From Eledone cirrhosa (taxonomy: Eukaryota): a stretch of 64,000 nt of DNA. Under the pieces are notes generated by a model that was given only the letters and a program-made list of their open reading frames with translations, had not been told where the DNA came from and made no database searches. Shown piece after piece: positions 40,245-53,700 of the stretch (positions are counted from its first letter, which is position 1; the number at the start of each line of letters is the position of its first letter). The stretch lies in contig OZ024751.1 in NCBI GenBank assembly GCA_964016885.1, positions 27,342,001-27,406,000 of the forward strand. Reading direction: 5' to 3'. A program made the position numbers and the translations under genes.

Positions 40245-43200
40245 TCATGATCATGTGATCATCATTTTACACCTATTTTCCATCTATCTGTCTCTCCCAC
40301 CTCTATTCATCAGCCCAGTTAAAATTATCCGCCTCATTGGTGCTGATACAGTGGAAGACATCATCTTTCAGCGTAGTTCAACAAAACTGAAGTTAACCAA
40401 GCGTGTCATTGAAGATGGAGATTTTTCATTGAAGTCAAAGAAGACATCCCAGTTTTCTTCTGTCACTGATGATAAAGTCAAGGTAAGACTCACTGGTGAA
40501 CGGGCACATGTATCTAGGAATACATTATCTAATGTGTCTTTTCAATTTTTTTATTGTTTTCCTAAATTGGTGTTTGGAAGAATGTTCAACCCTAGAAACT
40601 GAAAGGACTCTTCAGTTGTAGGACATCTCTTGCATCAAGGACATATCATCTCTTGTGTCATGATTAATTCTACTTAGTAACTGCTGTAAAGGGGTTGCTG
40701 TAGGTATGGGCATCCAACCATAGAAACCATGGCAAAGAAAGGGTTGCATGAAAGGACTCTTCAGTTGTGTTAAGTGCATGATAACCTCTCTAGTGCTGAT
40801 GCCATGGTTGGTGTCAGGAAGGGCATCTAGCTGTAGAAGCTATGTCAAAACAGGAATATATGTAAATGACACATGGCCATTAGTTGGTCTAGTAGGACTA
40901 GCTCCAATTAAGAACTATCTTGGTCTGTAATAACCCATGTCAGTCTAGGAGGACTAGCTCTAATTAAAAACTATCTTGGTCTGTAACCCATGTAAAAACA
41001 GACATAGAAGTATGATAGCAGTGCTCTTGATTGTCTTCAGGGCCTCTGAGACTTGTAAGAGAGAGCGAGGAATATATCTTCTAAAGAGAGACCAGGTGAC
41101 AAATTAACTCTACCAATCAAATAAACCATGGTTCGATTTGAACTCAGAATGTTAAAAGGATGAAATATATACTGCAAGGCATCTCATCTGATAGTGTAAC
41201 AATTCTGCTCTAGATTGGTAGTATTATCTCACCTGATAGTCTAACACTGGGACTATATTTTATCATCCTCATCTCCAAGTCACAAAGCTTGGAACACAAA
41301 GTTGACCTCTTTGGGATTTCAACTCAGAACCAACAGATCAAATACAACAAAGCAGTCTATTCTATATTCTAATGACACGGTCAGCCCACAACCTGTTTAA
41401 AATAGTAAAGTGGTGGTGGTGATAGTGTGATGGTGGTGATGGTGATAATAGTTGTGGTGATGGTGGTGATTGTTGTGGTAGTGGTGGTGGTGGTGGTGAT
41501 GATAGTTGTGGTAGTGATAGTGTGATGGTGGTGATGGTGATGATAGTTGTGGTGGTGATATTGTTTATGTTTCATATGATGTGGTGACAGTAATGTTGTT
41601 GTTTTGCAGTTAAAAGATATTCTGAAGTTTGGGGTTGATAAACTCTTAGAGAATCCATCTGATGACAGTTCCTTGTCTGTTGACTTCACCTCTGTATTGG
41701 GCAGCTCGGACAACAACCAGTGGACAATCTCTGGTCAGGATGGAACAGCAGATACAATTACACAACGGGTAATATATTGTTATATCATTCTACAACTATA
41801 TTTGACAATGTTGGATTAGAATATAGAATTATATTACCATATTTAGTAATGTTATACATGGTCGTGTAGGTGTCACGGAAAAAAAGCACCCTGTCCACAC
41901 AGTAAAGTGGTCATGTTGGTGTCACAACAAAAAGCACCTAGTCCTCTCTGTAAAGTGATCATGTGGTTGTCATAACAAAAAGCACCCAGTCTATACTATA
42001 AATGTGGTTCAAGTTAAGGAGGACATCCAGCTGTAGAAACCATGAGCAAGAGATGGTCACCTGTATGAGCAAGACCTGGTCACCTGCATGAGCAAGACAT
42101 GGTCACCTGATCTGACAATGTGACAACACGTCTAACCCATACTAGTGTGGAAAAATGGCCATAATTATTGATATATCACTGTGTGGCCATAGGTGGAGAT
42201 TTTGTGTCACTCTATGACCATATATGGTAATAATATATTACAATGTTACACCAGTGTATGTTAGCTGTGAACCAGTATGTCTATATATGGTGCTGTTGCT
42301 ACATACACACTTATACACACATACATACACTCACAGACACACCACACACACACTCACATACTCACAAACACACACTCACAGACATACACACACACTCGCA
42401 GACACACACACACACACATAGATACACAATCACACACACTCTCACTCACACACGCAGACACTCAAATACAGATATACTCACACACTCACATACAGATATG
42501 CACAATCACACGCACACACACAGAAAAACACATTGTCATTTCTTGCCCTTCTTCTCCAGTGTTTCAAACGTGATGACAAGGAGGACCAACCATCTACAAT
42601 TTACAAATTTGAGGGTCTCGACTACTCAAAGGCGCCATCTGCGACTGATCTCGATGCTTTTGACAAACTCGGTGATGGTAAGTAGGAAGGGTTTCATTCT
42701 CACAGATTCTTTGTTTCATTTTGTTGCTAGGTCAAAGAGATAATGATAGTGTCCATTACCTTGGTCTCTGAGACTGGTGGGAGGGTGAGGCAACAACCAT
42801 GATACTAAAACTTGTGGGAGGAAGTCAGACCCCATGACCTATTTCAGGGCCACTGAAGTAGTGTGAGGGAAGTCAGACCCCATGACCTATTTCAGGGCCA
42901 CTGAAGTAGTGTGAGGGAAGTCAGACCCCATGACCTATTTCAGGGCCACTGAAGTAGTGTGAGGGAAGTCAGACCCCATGACCTATTTCAGGGCCACTGA
43001 AGTAGTGTGAGGGAAGTCAGACCCCATGACCTATTTCAGGGCCACTGAAGTAGTGTGAGGGAAGTCAGATCCCATGACCTATTTCAGGGTCACTGAAGTA
43101 GTGTGAGGGAAGTCAGACCCCATGACCTATTTCAGGGCCACTGAAGTAGTGTGAGGGAAGTCAGATCCCATGACCTATTTCAGGGCCACTGAAGTAGTGT

Positions 43201-45743
43201 GAGGAAGTCAGACCCCATGACCTATTTCAGGGCCACTGAAGTAGTGTGAGGGAAGTCAGATCCCATGACCTATTTCAGGGTCACTGAAGTAGTGTGAGGA
43301 AGGGCAGTCCCCATGACCTATTTCAGGGTCACTGAAGTAGTGTGAGGAAGGGCAGTCCCCATGACCTATTTCAGGGTCACTGAAGTAGTGAGGGAAGTCA
43401 GATCCCATGACCTATTTCAGGGCCACTGAAGTAGTGTGAGGGAAGTCAGACCCCATGACCTATTTCAAGGTCACTGAAGTAGTGTGAGGAAGGGCAGTCC
43501 CCATGACCTATTTCAAGGTCACTGAAGTAGTGTGAGGAAGGGCAGTCCCCATGACCTATTTCAAGGTCACTGAAGTAGTGTGAGGAAGAGCAGTCCCCAT
43601 GACCTATTTCAGGGTCACTGAAGTAGTGTGAGGAAGGGCAGTCCCCATGACCTATTTCAGGGTCACTGAAGTAGTGTGAGGAAGGGCAGTCCCCATGACC
43701 TATTTCAGGGTCACTGAAGTAGTGTGAGGGAAGTCAGTCCCCATGACCTATTTCAGGGTCACTGAAGTAGTGTGAGGGAAGTCAGACCCCATGACCTATT
43801 TCAGGGTCACTGAAGTAGTGTGAGGGAAGTCAGTCCCCATGACCTATTTCAGGGCCACTGAAGTAGTGTGAGGGAAGTCAGTCCCCATGACCTATTTCAA
43901 GGCCACTGGAATGAAACTGTTTGATATATTTATTGGGTTGAGTCATAAATAATTTCCGTTTGTTGTAACTACACATTTCAAACTTTCAATTACCTGATTG
44001 GAGAGATTCTTCATCGGTCATTCTTATTTCATTAGTGAAAGAGTGCACATCATAATTTAATCAATGGTTTCACATCCCTAAAATGGAGGAACTGAAAGTA
44101 CATATTTGACACGTAATGTTGTGGGAGTTTAAGAATAAGAAAAAAGCTACAGAAACAGCTGAGAAAATGTGTAGTGTTTATAGCCAAAGTGTCATTACTG
44201 ACCGCCAAGTCCGAAATTTTGTTCTGGGTATATGTCATTGAGAGATGAACCCAGACCAGGATGCTCATCAGACCTCGATCAAGATACTTTAAGAGAAGTG
44301 GTGGAATGTAATCCACGCAAAAATACTTGAGAATTAGCACTTGACATCCAAATCCACAATCTGCCGCGACTTGGAAAAGATAGGAAAAGTGAACAAACTG
44401 GGGCATTTGGGTTCCTCAAACTCTTAGTGAGCAGAATAAGAAAGATTGCATATCCATAGCAACAAGTCTTCTTTCAATGCAAAAGAAATGACCCGTTTCT
44501 CAAGAATATCATTAAAGGTGATGAAAAATGGGTCTTTTGTGACAATGGTCAACACAAAAGGCAGTGGATTGACAAGGATAAATCTCTGCAGTTTACCCCA
44601 AAGGTGGAGCTTCCTGGAAGAAAAGTTATGCTGTGTGTATGGTGGGATCACTGCGGTATTATTTATTTTGAGTCTTTAAACTGAAATCAGACACTCAATG
44701 CAGACTTATACTCTCAACAGCTCCAACATGTGCATGAAAATCTTCTAAGAAAACACCCTGCACCCATCAACAGGAGAAACCTTGTGCTTCTCCATGATAA
44801 CACAAAGCCACACTCAGCAATATTGGATTTAGGTTGGTCTGTTCTACCCCATCCACCATATTTATCAGACCTTGCACCAAATAATTTTCATCTTTTTTGT
44901 TCTCTACAAAATGCTCTGAATGGCAAAAAATTTCTCAAGAAGATCAGCTGAAAACGTTTGTGGAAAACCTCTTGAGCTCAAAACCAGCTGAATTTTACTT
45001 GAGAGGAATCAACAAGCCACCTGGTAAATGGTAACAGGGGGTTCAAAATAATGGCAGATATACTATTGATTGAAATTAATTCATTGTTAAATTATTCATG
45101 AATAAATTATTTTATTAAAACGGAAATTATTTATGACTCAACCCCATAGAATCCCCAGTGTTAAACCAAAGACGAAATCTCTCCGACATGTTGCCATCAA
45201 CTTCTCAGCAGACTCGGGTAAAACTCTCCGCAGAACAGATTAAAGAACGAGAAAAGAAGGTAAGCAATTTTGGAAGAATTCTAAAATATACGTGTGTATA
45301 TATATATATATATGTATGGTGGCGTGTTAGTGTAATGGTAACACATTGGTCCAGCAAATTAAAGATTAATATTCGAAAAACTCAGATTACAATTATTGTA
45401 TTCAGCCATGTAGAGTGAAAATCTTTTTTTTATATATATATATATATATATTTCAATAATAATATTTTATATTATATGGATATGTTTATATTCGATTGTG
45501 TATTTTTTTATATATATCCTTTATATTATATATTTATGTGGGGTTTGTATACATATATACTTATATAGCAGCCAAATCTCACTCAAATTGGAGCTCATTA
45601 TGTAGAAAGACTAATTGGATAATCTTGTCGGTTCTAGATACAGTATATATAAAAATATAGCAAATGATGGGATGGTCACATCTGGAACACCTTTGATCCT
45701 AACTCTGCTACATCTTGATATAGTCCTTTCATCTCTCTCTCTC

Positions 45744-45777
<34 letters not shown>

Positions 45778-48700
45778 CACACACACCATTGTTACACACA
45801 AACTCGTATTGATTCTATGCCATTTGTCCAATTTAGCGCCAGGAAACTCTAGAACGGAAACTTAAAGAACGAGAGGCTTTAGCAATACAGAGAGCTGCTG
45901 AGAAGGAAGAGAAGAGGTAAGTGATTATCTATGGCACAATTTTAGATTCAGTCATTGTCTATATATATATATATATATAAATATATATATAGACACTATA
46001 GGTTCAGACATTTGCAGTTGAAGACAATTGTTTTTATAGAGATAAGTACGGTGCCAATACATATAAACAATGTATTAAACAGTTATAATTAATACTTTAA
46101 ATAGAATTCCAACATAGATGTAAGGAGAGATAGGCTAAACGTTATTTAGCACATCAAGAAGAATATAGGCAAATAATATAGAAAGGTATCAGATATAAAC
46201 AAGTTTATAAATGATGAAAAGAAGAAATAAGAAATATTAAGCTGGTGATGTACATAAGCTTGGAATAGTCTATTAAGTAGAAGTAGGGAAGTTGTGTGAT
46301 AGAATAGTCTATTAAGTAGAAGTAGGGAAGTTGTGTGATAGAATAGTCTATTAAGTAGAAGTAGGGAAGTTGTGTGATAGAATAGTCAATTCATATATTT
46401 TATCTGATGAGGATGTACTGAGAAAACAGCACAGTACCTCCGAAATATATATAATAAAACATATATTTTGATTATGTGAACGTCTTCATTTATTAATATT
46501 TTGAATGATATTAATAACTCCAGAAAACTTCATTGTAGAGTGCTTTTAATCTATTGTAAAACTATATTCATTGAGTAATCAATGAACCATATTAATCTTT
46601 AGTCATATATATATTCATTTCGTTTTACGTCCGCTTTTCCCCTGCTTGCAAAGGTGGGACGGGAACTGATTCTGGCTTGATTTCTACAGCTGGATGCCCT
46701 TCCTAACACCAACCTCATTTACAGTGTGGGCTGGGTGCTTTTTTTCCGTGGCGTCTACACATCCACTTTACAGTGTGGGCTGGGTGCTTTTTTGCCGTGG
46801 CACCTCCATGACCACTTTGCAGTGGAATGATATGGACCCCAGTCCCTATCATCTCATTTCTACAGCTGAGTAAACTGGAGCAATGTGAAATAAAGTGTCT
46901 TGCTCAAGGAAACAACACATCACCCGGTCTGAGAATTGAACTCACAACCTCTCGATTGCAAAGCCAATGCTCTAACCACTAAACCATGTGACTCCATATA
47001 TATATATATATAAATATGGCAAAATTCAGTTGCACCTGTTATTCAAGGGAGCAGCTTTATCACATTATCTTGCTGAATCTCCCTGAGAACTACATTGAGT
47101 GTTGAAATGTCTGGAATACTGAGTTACTTCTGTTGATTAATCAACTGGAAGACATTCCATTGTTGGAGATGATGGCGGTCCAATGACATGTAATCTCTCT
47201 TCTACATCATTGAATGTCTATAGATGTCTTTTACTTGTGATTGTTCCAGAAACATCACCTTGATAGGCGCCACCTGACTATTGTATATATATGACCTTGA
47301 ACCTGACTACTGTATAGATATATGACCTTGAACTTGACAATGCTGTATAGATATATGACCTTCAACCTGACTACTGTGTAGATATATGACCTTGAACCTG
47401 ACTACTGTGTAGATATATGACCTTGAACCTGACTACTGTGTAGATATATGACCTTGAAGCTGACAATACTGTATAGATACATCACCTTGAACTTGACTAC
47501 TATATAGATATATGACCTTGAAGCTGACAACACTGTATAGATATATTACCTTGAACTTGACAATACTGTATAGATATATGACCTTGAACTTGGCAATACT
47601 GTATAGATATATGAGCTGGCATGGGTTGAAGGGGGTTGCAGCTTTTCCCAGACTCTTGTTGCTGCTGTCACTCATTTTTAACAGAATGGACTGGAGCAAT
47701 GTTTAATGAAGTGCTGTGTTCCACCCAGTACAAAAATCAAACCCAAAAACTTCTGATGACGCCAACACCCTAACCACTCTGCCACATATGTTCTCTAAAG
47801 TAATTTATTGTTTCTTTGTAGGGCTGCCCTCTGGAGAGACAATGGTTATATCTCCTGTAAACTGACATCAGATGGTTCAGAAGAGGACAGTGATGATGAA
47901 GAAGACTCTATTGACCCTGTGGACATTAGTTATGTGAGAGGAGACGTGACACACCCGGTGCCTGTCTCACAAACTCATCAGAACTTCATCATCCATTGTA
48001 TTGGTAAAATATTTCTCTCAGTCATATTTATATATATTGCTTTGTGAAAGACATCCTCCATACCCTTATGTGTCACAAAAGGTATATCATATCTGTGTCA
48101 CAATAGGTATATCATATCTGTGTCACAATAGGTATATCATATCTGTGTCACAATAGGTATATCATATCTGTGTCACAATAGGTATATCATATCTGTGTCA
48201 CAATAGGTATATCATATCTGTGTGACAATAGGTATATCATATCTGTGTCACAAAAGGTATATCATATCTGTGTCACAATAGGTATATCATATCTGTGTCA
48301 CAATAGGTATATCATATCTGTGTCACAATAGGTATATCATATCTGTGTCACAATAGGTATATCATATCTGTGTGACAATAGGTATATCATATCTGTGTCA
48401 CAAAAGGTATATCATATCTGTGTCACAATAGGTATATCATATCTGTGTCACAATAGGTATATCATATCTGTGTCACAATAGGTATATCATATCTGTGTGA
48501 CATTAGGTATATCATATCTGTGTGACAATAGGTATATCATATCTGTGTCACAATAGGTATATCATATCTGTGTCACAATAGGTATATCATATCTGTGTGA
48601 CAATAGGTATATCATATCTGTGTGACAATAGGTATATCATATCTGTGTGACATTAGGTATATCATATCTGTGTGACAATAGGTATATATCTGTGTGACAT

Positions 48701-49724
48701 TAGGTATATCATATCTGTGTGACAATAGGTATATCATATCTGTGTGACAATAGGTATATCATATCTGTGTCACAATAGGTATATCATATCTGTGTGACAA
48801 TAGGTATATCATATCTGTGTGACAATAGGTATATCATATCTGTGTGACATTAGGTATATCATATCTGTGTGACAATAGGTATATCATATCTGTGTGACAA
48901 TAGGTATATCATATCTGTGTCACAATAGGTATATCATATCTGTGTGACAATAGGTATATCATATCTGTGTGACAATAGGTATATCATATCTGTGTGACAT
49001 TAGGTATATCATATCTGTGTGACAATAGGTATATCATATCTGTGTCACAATAGGTATATCATATCTGTGTCACAATAGGTATATCATATCTGTGTCACAA
49101 TAGGTATATCATATCTGTGTCACAATAGGTATATCATATCTGTGTCACAATAGGTATATCATATCTGTGTCACAATAGGTATATCATATCTGTGTGACAA
49201 TAGGTATATCATATCTGTGTCACAATAGGTATATCATATCTGTGTCACAATAGGTATATCATATCTGTGTGACATTAGGTATATCATATCTGTGTCACAA
49301 AAGGTATATCATATCTGTGTCACAATAGGTATATCATATCTGTGTCATAATAGATCTCTTAAGCTATATATATATAATATGTATGTATGTATATGTATAT
49401 ATATCTATGTATATGTATATATATATATATATGTATGTATATATGTATATATATATATATGTATGTATATATATATGTATATGTATATATATATGAATGT
49501 ATATGTATATATATATGTATGTATATATATATATGTATATATATATATGAATGTATATGTATATATATATATATATATGTATGTATATGTATATATGTAT
49601 GTATATGTATATATGTATGTATATGTATATATATGTATGTATATGTATATCATCATCATCTTTGTTTAACGTCCATTTTCGAAGATGATGATGATATACA
49701 TATACATACATATATATATGTATC

Positions 49725-49804
<80 letters not shown>

Positions 49805-49870
49805 TACATATATACATATACATACATATATGTGTATATGTATATGTGTATATATATATATGTATATGTG

Positions 49871-49941
<71 letters not shown>

Positions 49942-50477
49942 ATATATATATATACATATATAGATATATATATACATATATACATATATAGATATATATA
50001 CATATATACATATATAGATATCATCATCATCAACGTTTAACGTCCGTGTTCCACGCTTGCATGGGTTTGGACGGGGGTAGTCCCACTTGAGGCAAGAGTG
50101 ATTGTCTTGCTCGCATAGGACTGTCTGGCGGGTTTTCTACAGTTGGATGCCCTTCCTAACACCAACCACATTTACAGTGTGGGGCTGGGAGGTTTTTACC
50201 GTGTTGACTACACGGCCACATTACAGCGTGGACTATGTGTTTTTTGTCGTGACACCTACACGATCTCATTTGTTTCGGCCTGGATGGTGTGGCACCAACA
50301 TAACTTTACATAGGAGGGGGTGGTGTGGATATACATATATAGATATATATACATACATAAATATGTATATGTGTATATATATATATATATGTATATGTGT
50401 ATATATATATATATGTATATGTATGTATATGTATATATATATATGTGTATATAGATATACATATACATACATAAATA

Positions 50478-50518
<41 letters not shown>

Positions 50519-50649
50519 GTATGTGTATATATATATATGTATATGTATATATATATATGTATATGTATATATATATGAATGTATATGTATATATATATGT
50601 GTATATGTATATATATGCATATATATATGTATGTATATATATATATATG

Positions 50650-50701
<52 letters not shown>

Positions 50702-53700
50702 GTAATAATAATAAATTTGAAGACTAAAATCCAAAGAGGGCTCGATAAGGATAAATATATATCAAATAATATGTATATGTATATATTTATGTATGTATGT
50801 ATGTATGTATACTTATATATATATAGATATATATATTTAATGATAACAATAATAATTCTATTTTTTATTACCCTCAGATGATTCTGGTGAATGGGGTGTT
50901 GGAGGTGTTTTCACTGCCATCACAACCAGGTCAACAATACCAAAGACACAGTATGAATTGGCTAAAAAGATGAAAGGTTCGTAGCAATGGTGGTGGTTTA
51001 CCAGTAAAATAAGGTTTGGAGGGGGCGGTGCTACTATACATGTGAGTTTATACTTAGTGCTGCCACATGTGTGCTGTGTAGTTGATCAAGTGCTATCCTG
51101 TCAGCTGCCTCAGAAACATCCCATCAAATGTAGTATTTTAATCCAGTTCTTGAACCATGGCTATCTCTGAGAATTACTGACCCCTCCCCTTAATCCAGTT
51201 CTTGAACCATGGCTATCTCTGAGAAGTACTGATCCCTCCCCTTAATCCAGTTTTTGAACCATGGCTATCTCTGAGAAGTACTGATCCCTTCCCTCAGTGG
51301 TCGCCAACCTTTCTAAAACCGAGGAACCCTCTAAATATTTTGAATTCTTCACGGAACCTATACAATACAAAACTTTTCAAAAAAAAATAATAAAGTATTT
51401 ATTTATTTTAGTGAACTTACGTTGTGAGAACAGTGAACTGACCCTGTCTCTCGGCTGAGAGACCTCGCTGAACTGAAGTTTTCAGTTTAATGTTATGCTG
51501 TCACCGACCAACATTTACTTGTTCGTGATTGGTCAATTTCTAAGTTCAATTAGTGTATTATCAGTAGTAATCAAATTCAGAAAACTGTCTTTCCAAGAAT
51601 TGATTAGAAAGTATTCAATTTCCACGAATCTCAGAACAGTGTTTTTCTGCTAATTCAAGTGAGAAACTGAAAGTAGTGTTTTCCACAAATTGGAGTGGAG
51701 GACCTGTGTACACTACAATAGTACAAATGTATAAAGAATACTTTATACATTGCACCGTTTTCAGAAAACCCAAAATATTAATGGTAATGTAAATATTTAC
51801 TTTTTTAAGGAACCCGGAGTTTGTTTTGCGGAGCCCATGTTGGCGACCACTGCCTCCCCTTAATCCAGTTCTTGAACCATGGCTATCTCTGAGAATTACT
51901 GATCCCTCCCCTTAATCCAGTTCTTGAACCATGGCTATCTCTGAGAATTACTGATCCCTCCCCTTAATCCAGTTCTTGAACCATGGCTATCTCTGAGAAT
52001 TACTGATCCCTCCCCTTAATCCAGTTCTTGAACCATGGCTATCTCTGAGAAGTACTGATCCCTCCGCTTAATCCAGCTCTTGAGCCATGGCTATCTCTGA
52101 GAAATACTGAACCCCGGCCCAGTATATGAGGTAGAATGGGAATATCATAATTTGGTGTTGGGGTTTTGTCAGGGGGACAGACATAATATCCTGAAAATGT
52201 ACTGTGTTCCCCTGTACTATAGACAGTACTATATAAGTCCCCTGTACTATATGTCCCCAGTACTATATATGTCCACTGCACTATTGACAGTACTATATAT
52301 GTCCCCTGTACTATAGACAGTACTATATGTCCACTGCACTATTGACAGTACTATATGTCCCCTGTACTATAGACAGTACTATATATGTCCCCTGTACTGT
52401 AGACAGTACTATATGTCCCCTGTACTATAGACAGTACTATATATGTCCCCCTGTACTACAGACAGTACTATATATGTCCCCCTGTACTACAGACAGTACT
52501 ATATATGTCCCCTGTACTGTAGACAGTACTATATATGTCCCCTGTACTATAGACAGTACTATATGTCCCCTGTACTATAGACAGTACTATATATGTCCCC
52601 TGTACTGTAGACAGTACTATATATGTCCCCTGTACTATAGACAGTACTATATGTCCCCTGTACTATAGACAGTACTATATATGTCCCCCTGTACTATAGA
52701 CAGTACTATATATGTCCCCCTGTACTATAGACAGTACTATATATGTCACCCTGTACTACAGACAGTACTATATATGTCACCTGTACTATAGACAGTACTA
52801 TATATGTCACCTGTACTGTAGACAGTACTATATATGTCACCTGTACTATAGACAGTACTATATATGTCCCCCTGTACTATAGACAGTACTATATATGTCC
52901 CCCTGTACTATAGACAGTACTATATATGTCCCCTGTACTACAGACAGTACTATATATGTCCCCTGTACTGTAGACAGTACTATATATGTCACCTGTACTA
53001 CAGACAGTACTATATATGTTCCCTGTACTGTAGACAGTACTATATATGGCCCCCTGTACTATAGACAGTACTATATATGTCCCCTGTACCGTAGACAGTA
53101 CTATATATGTCACCTGTACTGTAGACAGTACTATATATGTCACCTGTACTATAGACAGTACTATATATGTCCCCTGTACTGTAGACAGTACTATATATGT
53201 CCCCTGTACTGTAGACAGTACTATATATGTCCCCCTGTACTATAGACAGTACTATATATGTCCCCTGTACTGTAGACAGTACTATATATGTCCCCCTGTA
53301 CTATAGACAGTACTATATATGTCCCCTGTACTACAGAGAGTACTATGTATGTCACCTGTACTATAGACAGTACTATATATGTCCCCTGTACTGGAGACAG
53401 TACTATATATGTCACCTGTACTGTAGACAGTACTATATATGTCACCTGTACTACAGACAGTACTATATATGTCACCTGTACTATAGACAGTACTATATAT
53501 GTCCCCTGTACTATAGACAGTACTATATATGTCACCTGTACTGTAGACAGTACTATATATGTCCCCTGTACTATAGACAGTACTATATATGTCCCCTGTA
53601 CTGTAGACAGTACTATATATGTCACCTGTACTGTAGACAGTACTATATATGTCACCTGTACTGTAGACAGTACTATATATGTCACCTGTACTACAGACAG

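Noticed and set aside
44083-45070. Domesticated or active mariner transposase
   Set aside because: Multiple stops and frameshifts and a degenerate third catalytic motif (PNNF instead of PSDY/F).
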